Assembly (NCBI GenBank): GCA_963780185.1
Contig: CAWABA010000007.1
Coordinates: 64,001-128,000, forward strand
Reading direction: 5' to 3'
DNA length: 64,000 nt
From: Candidatus Bathyarchaeota archaeon
Lineage (GTDB): Archaea > Thermoproteota > Bathyarchaeia > Bathyarchaeales > Bathycorpusculaceae
Shown: positions 50,058 to 61,060 of the stretch, piece after piece
Numbering within the stretch: position 1 is the stretch's first letter
How the letters are laid out: the number at the start of each line of letters is the position of its first letter
Program-made: the position numbers and the translations under genes
The notes under the pieces: generated by a model
The model's database searches: none
Seen by the model: only the letters and a program-made list of their open reading frames with translations
What the model was told of the DNA's origin: nothing

Positions 50058-50498
50058 TTAGGTTACGGAGGCGATTTTTGCTTCGTACTTCCAGTTTTTG
50101 GCGATGACGCCTTCGCGTTTGTAGTATCTTGAAAGCTTGTGGATTCTTGCTTCGATGATTTGCATGTTGCGTTTGTTGTGGAGGTCTTTCTTGTTTTTGT
50201 CGAGGTGAACTGCGAGGCTCTGCGCTTTCTTCATGAGGTTCGTGAGGTCTTCAGGCATCGTTGGGGCTAACCCTGCGCTTTCCAAAACGTCGCTTATGCT
50301 TTTGCCGACGATTGGCTTTGCTAGGGGAATCGCGTATTGATCTCTAAGGATCGTGCCTATGCTGCTCAGTGAATGGCCTTCTTTAGCCAATTTTATTATG
50401 AATGATTCAACTTCTTCAGGCTGATACTTGCACCAGCTTGGAGGACGCCTGCTGACTGGGCGAATAGAATGGGATTTTCCTTTTTCCTGCTTTGGCAA
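50058..50498 (-). CDS. rps15: 30S ribosomal protein S15/S13e
   Basis: GKSHSIRP, IGTILRDQY, PEDL, HKLSRYYK. Confidence 0.96.
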   Translation of the reverse strand: MPKQEKGKSHSIRPVSRRPPSWCKYQPEEVESFIIKLAKEGHSLSSIGTILRDQYAIPLAKPIVGKSISDVLESAGLAPTMPEDLTNLMKKAQSLAVHLDKNKKDLHNKRNMQIIEARIHKLSRYYKREGVIAKNWKYEAKIASVT

Positions 50499-50595
50499 AT
50501 GTTACACCTTAAACTGCACCTAAACCACACCGCGCCAATATTTAAAAGTAATCCTGTTGAGAAGCTGTTCGGGATAGAAAGGTCTTTTGTCTTAG

Positions 50596-51432
50596 TTATT
50601 GCACAAGTTTTGTCTCTGACGTTTCCTTTGTCAGAGTTGATGAATCTTCTGATTGATCCCAGATGGCTTCAAAGTATGTTTTCATTACCTTCAAGAGTTG
50701 AGGATGATTTGACCAAAGGCTCGGTATAGGTACACCCGCCGCTAAAGATACGCATAAATCCACTTCTGTTCCGTCGTAGATTGTGACCTCAGTTGGCACG
50801 GGAGAAGGAAGATATCTAATCTCGAACATTTGATTCGCCTGTAGACTTTCAATGATTTTCTGTGTCGACGGGTCATCTTCATGTTTCTCTGTAACTATTC
50901 GCATATTCACACCTTTGCCGAAAGTTCGCTTCAGGTCATTTTGGGCTTCAACCACTGCTGCACTAAATGCTCGCCAGTTCGCGATACCGTCTATAGTTCT
51001 CTTAGCTTTATGAAGCCTATCTGTGAAGGATCTGAGAAAAAGTTTCTCAGACGAGCAGATGACAAACTGGGGATCAACCTGCTGTGGAGGCGTTTTAAGG
51101 TTGCTGTCCTGAATGCTTTTAAGAGCAGTTGTTGCTTCTTCTTGCAGGTTCAGGTACTCCTGTCTCTTGTTTTGCATCAGAAACCAGAATCCTTCTCGCA
51201 GGGGGGTAGCTCTGTACATTATAGGGTCACCCACTATTTTCTCCGCCAACCCTAACTTTTCAAGCGACAGCATTACTCGGTACACGTCTGAGCGGTAAGA
51301 ATTTGAAGCTTTGGCGATTGTTTTCACTCCAACCGTTCCAAGTATGGTAAGGTTGATGTAAGTTGTCGCCTGCAAACGGGTAAGTCCCAAGTTAATCAAT
51401 GCGGGAACGCAAGTGTTGTTTTTTTGGCTCAT
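50596..51432 (-). CDS. TrmB-family transcriptional regulator
   Basis: LGLTRLQA.TY.NL, R.DVYRV..SLEKLGL, effector domain YFEAIW. Confidence 0.85.
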   Translation of the reverse strand: MSQKNNTCVPALINLGLTRLQATTYINLTILGTVGVKTIAKASNSYRSDVYRVMLSLEKLGLAEKIVGDPIMYRATPLREGFWFLMQNKRQEYLNLQEEATTALKSIQDSNLKTPPQQVDPQFVICSSEKLFLRSFTDRLHKAKRTIDGIANWRAFSAAVVEAQNDLKRTFGKGVNMRIVTEKHEDDPSTQKIIESLQANQMFEIRYLPSPVPTEVTIYDGTEVDLCVSLAAGVPIPSLWSNHPQLLKVMKTYFEAIWDQSEDSSTLTKETSETKLVQ

Positions 51433-51740
51433 CTTATCTCTCCTGCGACTATGCGCATTCTTTTCGGTTCCTCTAAAGAATTGGACTGTTATTTGTTTTT
51501 TCCCGAACGTCTCCCAAATCTTCGGCAAATACAGGATTTTTTGCTGCCTGCAACCAATCCTTGACGTCGATTTTTTTGTGCGGACAAACGATTATCAAAA
51601 TTCTCAACAAGAAATGATTGACCCAGTACCCGCCCGTCGCAAGTTAGCTGTCTGATGGGGCAGTGGGTGACCTGTAAGAGTGGGGTACTCTAACAAACGC
51701 TTAAACCACTTTTCCTAATCTATTGCCGTTTACCATAAAT

Positions 51741-54480
51741 ATGGAGAATAAAAACATGGAAAATAAAATGAACTTTTGCAAAAATAAGACTGCAGCTATT
51801 GTCATCGGTATGCTGTTAATTGTTTCGATGTCTGCTTCATTGCTACTCATCCCGAACGCAAAAGCAACCACAGTACAAAACGAACCAACTTATGCTTACA
51901 TCGCGGTTTCAACTAACCCCGACGGCGTCGGCCAATCAGTCGAAGTTATCATGTGGCTTAACATTGTATGTCCATCAGCGGATTTATCAAATACCATTCG
52001 GTGGCACAACTACCAACTCACCATAACGGACCCTGACGGCGCAAACACAACACAGAGCTGGCCAATTTGCTGGGACACAACATCAGCACAAGACTACTCT
52101 TTCACACCCTCTAAAACCGGCACGTACACCCTGACTTTCAGCTTCCCAGGACAAAATTACAGCTTCCCAATAACCGGCAGCTTCTTTAGTTCTAACGCTG
52201 CCGACGAAGGCAACTGGTATGAAGCTAGCTCAGCCTCATGCAACCTCACTGTCCAATCAACTCAAATAGCCGGACTACCCACAACTCCGCTTCCAACTTC
52301 ATACTGGACACGGCCAATCTACGGCGAGAATCCAAACTGGTACATTGTTTCGTCAAACTGGCTTGGTGACGGCGCACCAGGATACGCTGGCTTCGTAGGC
52401 ACATACGACATGGGCGGCAACGGTGAACAATTAGCTGGAGCAGGCGATGTTGCAGGCTCAATGACCGGTCACATAATGTGGACTAAACCCATTGAAAGCG
52501 GCGGTATCGTCGGAGGAAACCAAACCTCAATTGCTGGAGACTCCTACTTTGAGGGCTCTGCATACAATCAGAGATACGTCAACCCGATAATAGTTGACGG
52601 AATGCTCTACTACAATCCACCAGTATCATTTGCCAACGCAAACTCTGGAAACCTCACATGCGTGGACCTGACTACGGGAAAAGTACTTTGGGTAGGTCCT
52701 CAAGTACAGATATCATTCGCCTACATCTACGATGTTCAAGACCCTAACCAACACGGAGTTTACCCACCAATCCTGTTCACATCCAACTTTGCCCAAGCTT
52801 ATGATGCATACACTGGAGCGTACATGTTCAGTGAAAGCGGCGTCCCATCAGGCACAACCATACTCGGTCCTAACGGCGAACAATTGATACTTGTCCTCCA
52901 CAACTATGGCACCACGGCCAACCCAAACTACTATCTACAAGAGTGGAATTCATCACGATTGTGGGGCAATAACTATTCTGGTTCATCGACATCGCCACCA
53001 GTAATTCCACCGATAAGCACAGAAAACGGAATCTCAGCAGACTGGGCAGGCGGCAATATCACAACCTACTCCTATGGAATGCCCGGTGTGACGTATCTCC
53101 CAAGCATGTATGACTTCAACGTTTCCGTTCCATACCTAAACACTGCTGGATCAATCACTGCAGTCGGAGCCATCTACAATGATGTGCTGCTCATCGAAAA
53201 TGGCAGTTTGCCGAACCCAGGAACCTTCATATTCGCTATGACTCCAGTAAGCAGTGCCCCATACGGATACGCTGCAATCAACATTGCCGAAGGCTCAAGC
53301 TCGTTAGGTTCGATAGCATGGCACCAGACCGAAACATCGCCATCAGGAAACATCACCGTCATGGAGGCTGGAATTGACACAGTAAACAAAGTCTTCGTTG
53401 AGTACTGGAGAGAAACCTCGCAATATGTAGGCTACAGCCTGACAACTGGAGCGAAACTTTGGGGCCCAACTGCTGAGCAAGCATACCTAGACTACTATGG
53501 CAGCCCAGCTTCAGGTACCTTAGCAAACGCCTTCGCATACGGCAAAATGTACACCAGTGCATACGCAGGCATAGTCTACTGCTATGATACAAAGACGGGC
53601 GACTTACTCTGGACCTACGGCAACGGCAACACAGATAACAACAGCACCAACTCGGGAATTGAAACTCCATTCGCTCGCTATCCAACTTTCATTAACGCCA
53701 TCGGCAACGATCTAGTGTACCTTGTCACCACAGAACATACCATTGAAACACCACTCTTCAAAGGCGCAGTTGCAAGTGCCATCAACGCAACAACCGGCAA
53801 ACTCAGTCTGGTCAGTATCAAGCTACACAGGCGAATTCGACGCGTTCAGCTATGCGGCAGCAGACGGGTACAACACATGGTTCAACGGCTATGACGACTC
53901 GATCTACACAGTCGGCAGAGGACCCAGCGCCACAACAGTCACGGCTTCACCAAGCGTTACAACATACGGAGACAATGTAATCATAAGCGGCACAGTCATG
54001 GATATTTCAACAGGCACAACGCAAAGCGAGCAAGCAGCGGACTTTCCACACGGAGTTCCAGTCAGCTCAGACGCAAGCATGACAGCATGGATGGGCTATG
54101 TCTACCAGCAGCAAGCAGAACCAACCAACTTCACAGGCGTACCCGTGGCAATCAGCGTCACAGACTCTAACCACAACACCAGAGTAGTAGGCACCACTAC
54201 GACCGACGAAAACGGAGTATTCCACCTAACATGGACACCAGACATAACGGGCAACTACACAGTCTACGCTAACTTCTTAGGAACCAACGGCTACTACGGA
54301 TCAAACGCAGAAACCTTCTTCAACATAATGAACGCGCCAGCAACAAGCGCACCGACAGCTACACCAGCCACTAACATAGCTTCCAACACCACCGTCGAAT
54401 ACGGAATAGCCGCCATCATCGTCGTCATCGTTATAATCGGCGCCATATTGGCAATGCTGACAGTCAGAAAAAAACAATAA
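51741..54480 (+). CDS. large secreted PQQ-like beta-propeller surface protein with C-terminal TM (frameshift near 53803)
   Basis: Signal peptide, YWTRPI, TGKVLW/TGDLLW repeats; continues in ORF 53722-54480, which ends in TM-RKKQ. Confidence 0.85.
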
Positions 54481-54999
54481 GGTGAAACATATGAAATCAA
54501 CAACACCTTCCTTTTTTTTGGTTCAAAAACAGACCTGGAAAACAAACGGGGCTGAGAAGGCTTTGGTCAATATCACAAAATTTCAATTGCAATAATGTGA
54601 ATTTGAAGCATTTTTTCTTTCTCCTTAAAAAAAGATGCGCCAGAACCTCAGCAAACCCGCTTTTTCAGCAACTGACTTTATAATCTGGTAGACCGCGTTT
54701 CTACCGCTTATTGCTGTACCAATCAACAAACCTTTGAATGGCATTTGCTCTATGCGAAAACCTGTTCGTCTCTTCAATCGTCATTTCAGCAAACGAAATG
54801 TGGCTTCCAACTGGCTGGAAAACGGGGTCAAAACCGAACGCTGACTTGCCAACCGTCTTGCGCTCAGATAGTTTTGTCTTCCAAATACCAGAGAGTGGTT
54901 CGCAAGGTTTTGCAGCGGTGGCGTCACAAATCTGCTTATATGCTTCTATTTTGAATAATAAATCAGTCAGAAATCGGCATAACTTCGGGGTTTAAAATT

Positions 55000-55926
55000 A
55001 TGAGTGAAGCAGTTCAAGCAACGGCTGAAAGGATAAGGAAATTGGAAGTTCAGGGCGCTCGAAACGTCGCGATAGCTGCCCTCAAAGCCATCCAAACGGC
55101 AGCGGAGACAACGAAGGCAAAAACCAAAAACGCCTTCTTAGGCGAACTCAAAGAAGCCCAAGCCGTCCTTTTCGCGTCGCGGGAAACTGAGCCGCTGATG
55201 AGAAACGCCCTGCGATACGTTATCCTGCAAGCCCAAGACAGCAGCACAGAAAAAGTCGACGCCCTAAGCGAGTTGGTAGCGTCCAACGTAGCTCTTTTCC
55301 TGCAGAATCTTGAGGCTTCAAGGGAACGAACCGCGGAAATAGGCGCCAAACGCATCCGCGACGGCATGCTGATTTTCACCCATTGCCACTCGTCCACCGT
55401 GACGCGCATGATTGCCAAAGCCAAGGCGGACGGCAAAAACTTCAGCGTCATCTGCACCGAAACCCAACCCGCCCTTCAGGGGAGGATAACGGCGCGGGAA
55501 ATGGTTGAGCTTGGCGTTCAAACCATGTTCATTGTTGATTCCGCAGCCCGCTCATACATGGGCGACGTCGATGTCGTATTTGTCGGCGCTGACGCCATCA
55601 CCTCTGAGGGCAACGTGGTTAACAAGGTAGGCACCAGCAGCATAGCGGTGTTGGCGCATGAAGCCAGAAAACCATTCTACGTCGTTTCGGAACTGCTAAA
55701 ATTCGACCCAGAAACACTCGGCGGTGCCTACGAGCGCATTGAGCACCGCAACCCAGCGGAAGTCTGGAGCGAAGCGCCAAAGGGCTTATCGGTGCGGAAC
55801 CCAGCCTTCGACGTTACGCCAAGCCGATACATCCACGGCATCATCTGCGAAGAAGGCATAATCCCGCCCCAATCAATAGTTGAAACAGTAAACCGAAGCT
55901 ACCCATGGGTCCTTAAGCAACTTTAG
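55000..55926 (+). CDS. ribose-1,5-bisphosphate isomerase
   Basis: VQGARNVA, SRETEP, THCHS, GADAI, NKVGT, NPAFDVTP; adjacent to RuBisCO. Confidence 0.9.
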   Translation: MSEAVQATAERIRKLEVQGARNVAIAALKAIQTAAETTKAKTKNAFLGELKEAQAVLFASRETEPLMRNALRYVILQAQDSSTEKVDALSELVASNVALFLQNLEASRERTAEIGAKRIRDGMLIFTHCHSSTVTRMIAKAKADGKNFSVICTETQPALQGRITAREMVELGVQTMFIVDSAARSYMGDVDVVFVGADAITSEGNVVNKVGTSSIAVLAHEARKPFYVVSELLKFDPETLGGAYERIEHRNPAEVWSEAPKGLSVRNPAFDVTPSRYIHGIICEEGIIPPQSIVETVNRSYPWVLKQL

Positions 55927-57155
55927 GCTTTCCAGTGTTCCAACGCAGTTTTGAGTTCTTCATGTGTTCTAGCGTATTCTGCCAACGTTACCCCTTTTAA
56001 GACTGCGTCTACGGCTTGCCGCATGGCTTTTGCTCCCGCCACTGTTCCGTCTGGGTGACCGTGGATTCCGCCGCCCGCTTGGATGACTACGTCGTTGCCG
56101 AAGGTTTCAAGCAGCGCAGGAACCAGTGTCGGGTACAGTCCGCCTGACGCGACGGGCAGAACAGGTTTTAGGTTGGCGAGCGGGTTTTTGCATGCATCGA
56201 TATTTTCGAGCACTTCAGCTTTTGTTTCGGACATTTTGCCAACTACCGTGCCAACGTGGAGCTGGTCGACGCCGATTAAGCGTGCCACCGACGCGATTGG
56301 GCGCATGGCGATGCCGTGCAGCTGGTTCTTTGTGAAAGCCGCGTGTCCTGCCCGATGAGCGTGAATGACAAGCTTGTAGTTTTGGTCTCGCAGCGTTTGC
56401 AGGGCTGACCAACCCGTGGTTAAGATGTCAACCATAACGTATTCGCCGCCTTGAGCGAGGACGGCTTCTGCGCGCTTGAGCATCAGGTCGGTTTCAGCTG
56501 TTATGTTGATCAGGTAGACTTTGCGTTCGCCCGTTTCCTCTTGCGCTTTGTCACGCTTGTCCAAAGTGTGCGCGAGTCGTTCTTCGAAGGGGTTGAACGT
56601 TTGGCTGCTCAGGTTTTCATCGTCTTTCACGACGTCGCAGCCGCCGCTCCATGCGTCATAAGCCACCTTCGCATGGTCTCGGGTGTTTAATCCGAGTTTA
56701 GGCTTGATTATTGTGCCGACAAGCGGACGCTCGGGGACTTTTAGGAGGCTGCGGATTCCCGCTATGCCGAAGGCGGGTCCTTTGAAGCTGCCTAGCAAGG
56801 CTTTTGGGAATTGGATGTCGAGGAGGCGCAGGTTTTTTAGAGCTTTGAGCCCGAAGACGTTTCCTGCCACGCTGCTCAGGATGTTGGGCATGTTGGCAGG
56901 TTCAAAAAGGTCAATCGGGTACGCGATTTTGATTGTGTTGCCTTCTACGCTGAAAACGTGGGCTGCCAGACGCTTCACGTAGGGCTTTTCGGTGGTGAGT
57001 TCTGTCCATGTGCCCACGCTGCTTTCTGCGGCGACTCCGCCTGCGGCTTCTTGGAGGCTGATGCCTTCGGGTTCAACGTAGAAGGTGCAGACCAAATCGG
57101 TTTCTTTAGGTTTATAAGCTGGGTCAATAAAGTCAAGGTACTTCAAAGCGTCCAC
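55923..57155 (-). CDS. rbcL: form III RuBisCO large subunit
   Basis: AESSVGTWT, GTIIKPKLG, DVVKDDE, HAHRAGH, GKM, SGG, GGGIHGHP. Confidence 0.96.
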   Translation of the reverse strand: MDALKYLDFIDPAYKPKETDLVCTFYVEPEGISLQEAAGGVAAESSVGTWTELTTEKPYVKRLAAHVFSVEGNTIKIAYPIDLFEPANMPNILSSVAGNVFGLKALKNLRLLDIQFPKALLGSFKGPAFGIAGIRSLLKVPERPLVGTIIKPKLGLNTRDHAKVAYDAWSGGCDVVKDDENLSSQTFNPFEERLAHTLDKRDKAQEETGERKVYLINITAETDLMLKRAEAVLAQGGEYVMVDILTTGWSALQTLRDQNYKLVIHAHRAGHAAFTKNQLHGIAMRPIASVARLIGVDQLHVGTVVGKMSETKAEVLENIDACKNPLANLKPVLPVASGGLYPTLVPALLETFGNDVVIQAGGGIHGHPDGTVAGAKAMRQAVDAVLKGVTLAEYARTHEELKTALEHWKA

Positions 57156-57216
57156 TCTGGCTAGTTGGAACGGGTTTTTCCTTAAAATCTTTAACTATCC
57201 TTTTTCGAGCCCGCAT

Positions 57217-57280
57217 CTGAGCTCAGTCAAGAAACCTTGACTTGGCTTAGTCAAGAATCCTTCACGAATAACCTTTTATC
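57217..57280 (+). promoter_or_regulatory. palindromic GTCAA/TTGAC operator-promoter module, copy 1
   Basis: AGTCAAGAAACCTTGACT..AGTCAAG, then ACGAA..CCTTTTATC; shared with 58220-58278. Confidence 0.65.
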
Positions 57281-57303
57281 ACTAATCAAAAGCATGATTG
57301 ATT

Positions 57304-58173
57304 ATGAATGGAATAAGCAAGAGTTTGGCCTTAATCGTCGTTCTAATTATTGCGTTTTCAAACCTGACGATAGTTAAGGTTGCTTTTTCTCAGGCAGCGC
57401 CAACGATTTCGCCACCAGAGTTCACGGTGAAGTATGACACAAATGCAAGTGATTACCCGCTGATAATGGGCAATATGGCAGGATTCATTATGCCTAATCA
57501 CTTTTCCAACAACCAAACAGCAGTAATCATCATAAAAAACGAGCCTATCAACTCGCCGTCAAATAACACCTACTACTTCTACAACCTTAGAGTCAAAGAC
57601 AGCACTGATTCAACTTGGGCAGAAATATACAATAACAACTTACAGGAGTCGCCCTTTGAATACACAATCATACGTGATAACGATAATTCATCAGCTGGCA
57701 CTACATTAGAGTTCCAAGTGCAAGCTGTTCTCCAGAATGAGACCGTAACTTACTTCAATAATCTACTCCCAGGCTTTCCAGCTGTCTTTCAGCAAGACAA
57801 CGTGGGCTATAAAGCAACTTGGACCGAAATCGCATCAAGCGACTGGAGCAATGTACAAACCTTGACTATTCCCGATGATCCAACAACTGTTGTTTCTTCG
57901 GTAACCATACCGGATTCGTCAACTACCCCGGGCAACTCGATAGATCCCCATTCTTCAAGTAGCCCCGAGAATTCTCAGACGCTCGCGTCCACTATTTCTT
58001 CAAATCCTTTGTCTTCACCCATCCTAACTTCCCCTCCGACACAAGTCATCGTTCAATCTGTGCCGACGTGGTTTTACTCTATTGTCATTATGCTGGTTGC
58101 TATCATAGTTGTCCTGCTAGGCATAATTGCTTTAACACAACGCAGGAACAAAGCAACAAAGAACAATACTTGA
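57304..58173 (+). CDS. secreted protein with C-terminal TM anchor (paralog family)
   Basis: Signal peptide, PEFTV, I.NEP, FQVQA, SDWSN.QT, Ser/Pro linker, TM. Confidence 0.75.
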   Translation: MNGISKSLALIVVLIIAFSNLTIVKVAFSQAAPTISPPEFTVKYDTNASDYPLIMGNMAGFIMPNHFSNNQTAVIIIKNEPINSPSNNTYYFYNLRVKDSTDSTWAEIYNNNLQESPFEYTIIRDNDNSSAGTTLEFQVQAVLQNETVTYFNNLLPGFPAVFQQDNVGYKATWTEIASSDWSNVQTLTIPDDPTTVVSSVTIPDSSTTPGNSIDPHSSSSPENSQTLASTISSNPLSSPILTSPPTQVIVQSVPTWFYSIVIMLVAIIVVLLGIIALTQRRNKATKNNT

Positions 58174-58219
58174 AAACAATTTTCCACGCCCTGTGTATAT
58201 CCACCCCTCAACCTTATGT

Positions 58220-58278
58220 CTTAGTCAAGAAACTTTGACTGAGCTCAGTCAAGGAATCTTTACGAACAGCCTTTTATC
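58220..58278 (+). promoter_or_regulatory. palindromic GTCAA/TTGAC operator-promoter module, copy 2
   Basis: AGTCAAGAAACTTTGACT overlapping the palindrome TTGACTGAGCTCAGTCAA, then CCTTTTATC. Confidence 0.65.
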
Positions 58279-58302
58279 CTCTGCACATTCCTAATAGTAA
58301 GC

Positions 58303-59103
58303 ATGGGTAAAATCGGCAAAACTTCCGCATTACTCCTAACTCTTATTGTTGCTTTGTCATGTCTAACCGTGCTAACTGCTGAACCCATAAATGCACAATC
58401 AACTCCTATGCCGTCTATACCACAGTTCACATTGATGTTCCAAGATAATTCATACATTATTCAACCGACAACCGTAACCACAACTAACCCTTACACTGGA
58501 AACCAAACAGTCGTAGGCTCGACAATTGGCGCGTACATACATGACGCTTCAATTACAGTAAAAGTAACAAATCAGCCCTTCACTCCGTATATCGATACTA
58601 ACAATAACACTGTACAATTGTATTACGGTATCCGGTGGAAAGGGGAATACACCGTTGCTTGGGAAGGTAGCGCTCAGGGTATTAAGGCTTCAAATAGCGA
58701 CTACACTAACATATCGCTTGGTTTTACTAGCAACACCTACGATTATGACGATGCCGGATATGGCTATGCTGGACAAATCAATTGGCAAGCTCTTGGCAAT
58801 CCTGTAGAGATTCAAGTAGAAGCAATCGTAGGATACATCACTCAGACGCAAAGTTCTCTACTGGAAAGCCCACTTCAGTCTTTCACAGCCGTAGCCTCAA
58901 GTGATTGGAGCAACACCCAAACAATAATCGCAAGCAATGCCTCCGCTTTACCGAACCCAACAATGCCTCAATCAACAGCCACCCCAAGTTCCATGCCGAG
59001 CTCCACCTCAACCGTTCCTGAGTTTTCTTGGTTGGTGATTGTGCCTTTGCTTCTTTCTGTCTTCTGTGTTGCTGTGATAGTTAGGCATCGAAAAAACAGC
59101 TAA
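58303..59103 (+). CDS. secreted protein with VPEF-CTERM-like sorting tail
   Basis: PQFTL, NQPF, IQVEA, SDWSNTQT; VPEF-TM-RHRK. Confidence 0.78.
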   Translation: MGKIGKTSALLLTLIVALSCLTVLTAEPINAQSTPMPSIPQFTLMFQDNSYIIQPTTVTTTNPYTGNQTVVGSTIGAYIHDASITVKVTNQPFTPYIDTNNNTVQLYYGIRWKGEYTVAWEGSAQGIKASNSDYTNISLGFTSNTYDYDDAGYGYAGQINWQALGNPVEIQVEAIVGYITQTQSSLLESPLQSFTAVASSDWSNTQTIIASNASALPNPTMPQSTATPSSMPSSTSTVPEFSWLVIVPLLLSVFCVAVIVRHRKNS

Positions 59104-59199
59104 CTTGCAAGCTACAGGCATAAACTTTTGGAATATTCCAAAAGTTGCAGGCAAAAACCCACTGTTCTTGCGTTTACCCATTCAAAATCATCCAAAGAA

Positions 59200-59303
59200 T
59201 CAAGCCCTAAACCAGAAAAGCAACCCAAAACAAACCCCACGCAGAACCCGCCGACGAGGGGAGGGGGTCTAGTATTTACATCAAAAAAACAAGGTAAAAA
59301 TGG
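59200..59303 (+). repeat. dispersed repeat family 1, copy C
   Basis: 87/104 nt identical to 1010-1113. Confidence 0.85.
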
Positions 59304-59386
59304 CTTCGGCAAACCCAATCCCGCCATAGCAGGATTGTTAAATCTTTAACTATTTCTAGGCTCCATCAATTGTAGGTGTGATTAGT

Positions 59387-60931
59387 ATGGAGTTAACGGT
59401 TGAACTCTTACCTATATTTACGGGCGGAAGCAGAATTGCCCTCCTCAGCGAAGAAAGCGCCAGCTCCCTAGGCGTGCACAGTTCCGATAGGATACGGATA
59501 AAATGCGGCAACCAAGAATTGATTGCCATCGCGAACATCGCAGAGTTTTTTTCACGTAAAACCATCGGGCTCTATGAGGAAACCGCTAAGGCGCTTGGCG
59601 TAAAGGAGGATGAAACGGTTTCGGTGGAGTTGGCTCCGCTTCCTGAGTCGCTTTTCAACGTGAGGGCTAAGCTGCATGGAGAACGTCTGCGCGAGAACGA
59701 TATCGTGACTATCGTTAGGGACGTGGTTGAGCGGCACCTAAGCACCGCCGAAATATCCGCTTTCTTAACCGCGCTTAGCATTCACGGGTTAAGTTCCAGC
59801 GAAAACGAGGCGCTATCCAGGGCTATGGTGGCTACGGGGAAAACGATGAGTTTCGGAGAAGGTCCCATCCTTGACAAGCACAGCGTCGGCGGGATTCCTG
59901 GCGACAAAACTTCGATGCTGGTTGTGCCCATCGTTGCCGCTGCGGGATACACGATTCCTAAGACTTCTTCGCGGGCAATCACTTCTCCCGCTGGAACCGC
60001 AGACAGAGTTGAAACCCTGTGCCCAGTAAACCTCGGCGTAGACGAGATAAAAGGGGTGGTGGCGAAGACGGGCGGGTGCTTGGTTTGGGGCGGTGCCTTG
60101 GAGCTTGCGCCAGCCGACGACCTCTTCATCCAAGTTGAGTACCCGTTGGGAATTGACCCAATGTTGCTGCCTTCGATTCTGAGCAAAAAGAAAGCCATGG
60201 GCGCCACACACGTCGCCATCGACATCCCCACAGGCATGGGCGCAAAAATCAAAACCCGAACCGAAGCCTACACGATAGCCTCGGATTTCGTGGACTTGGG
60301 AAAACGCCTCGGACTCAACATTCAATGCGCTTTAACCTACGGAGACCAACCCTTGGGCTGCGGCATCGGACCCGCATTGGAAGCCCGAGAAGCCCTAGCG
60401 ACCCTCCTCGGAGGCGGACCACCCGACCTGCGCGACAAAGCCGTCAGCCTTGCAGGGATGCTGTTCGAGATGGTTGGAACCGAGAATGGGCGCGCCAAAG
60501 CTGAGGAGATGATTGATTCGGGTAAGGCGGCGGCGAAGATGCGGCAGATTATTGCGGCTCAAGGTGGAAACCCTAAGGTGATGCCTGACGACTTGCCTGT
60601 GGGCTGTGAGCATGTTGAGGTGAAGTCGGAGCGGGCGGGCAAAGTCATTTGGCTCAGCACCGACAACATCGTACGCATCGCGAGGGAAGCCGGGGCGCCT
60701 AAAGAGAAAGGCGCAGGCATGATTCTGCACGCCAAACTCGGAGAAGCGGTGCATCGCGACAGCATACTCTACGAAATTTACGCGGAGAAAAACAGCAAGT
60801 TAACGTCGGCGCTGGAGCTTGCCAAGACGTTGCCGCCTATTCTGCTCACCACCAAACCCGCCGAGAAGATGATTCTAGACCAGGTGCCTGAGAAGCTTGC
60901 ACACGAAAAAACATTCAGCCTAGACAGGTAA
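59387..60931 (+). CDS. deoA: AMP phosphorylase
   Basis: N-terminal barrel, DKHSVGGIPG, PKTSSRAITSPAGTAD, GIGPALEA. Confidence 0.94.
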   Translation: MELTVELLPIFTGGSRIALLSEESASSLGVHSSDRIRIKCGNQELIAIANIAEFFSRKTIGLYEETAKALGVKEDETVSVELAPLPESLFNVRAKLHGERLRENDIVTIVRDVVERHLSTAEISAFLTALSIHGLSSSENEALSRAMVATGKTMSFGEGPILDKHSVGGIPGDKTSMLVVPIVAAAGYTIPKTSSRAITSPAGTADRVETLCPVNLGVDEIKGVVAKTGGCLVWGGALELAPADDLFIQVEYPLGIDPMLLPSILSKKKAMGATHVAIDIPTGMGAKIKTRTEAYTIASDFVDLGKRLGLNIQCALTYGDQPLGCGIGPALEAREALATLLGGGPPDLRDKAVSLAGMLFEMVGTENGRAKAEEMIDSGKAAAKMRQIIAAQGGNPKVMPDDLPVGCEHVEVKSERAGKVIWLSTDNIVRIAREAGAPKEKGAGMILHAKLGEAVHRDSILYEIYAEKNSKLTSALELAKTLPPILLTTKPAEKMILDQVPEKLAHEKTFSLDR

Positions 60932-60990
60932 ACCAAAGCCCCGTCGAAAAAAAACCGCCAGCGATAGCCGCAGGGTCGCTTAGGGTCAAA

Positions 60991-61060
60991 AGGAACGGAA
61001 AGGAACGGGAAAGAACGGGGAACAACGAGAAGGAACGGGATTCAACGGGAAAAAACGTGA
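60991..61060 (+). repeat. 7 x 10-bp tandem repeat with invariant AACG
   Basis: AGGAACGGAA/AGGAACGGGA/AAGAACGGGG/AACAACGAGA/AGGAACGGGA/TTCAACGGGA/AAAAACGTGA. Confidence 0.8.

Larger units (their letters stand above)
57185..59353. mobile_element. 2.15-kb islet bounded by 14-bp direct repeats AAATCTTTAACTAT
   Basis: Identical 14-mer at 57185-57198 and 59340-59353; separates rbcL from AMP phosphorylase; no recombinase inside. Confidence 0.55.

Noticed and set aside
11600-53810. Many frameshifted genes (about 11614, 14517, 16048, 33118, 44705, 45740, 53803) as pseudogenisation or recoding
   Set aside because: Each is a single 1-2 nt shift with both halves otherwise intact and no in-frame stops, which best fits long-read consensus errors
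55923-57155. RuBisCO as evidence of a Calvin cycle
   Set aside because: Flanked by AMP phosphorylase and R15P isomerase; no phosphoribulokinase in the window
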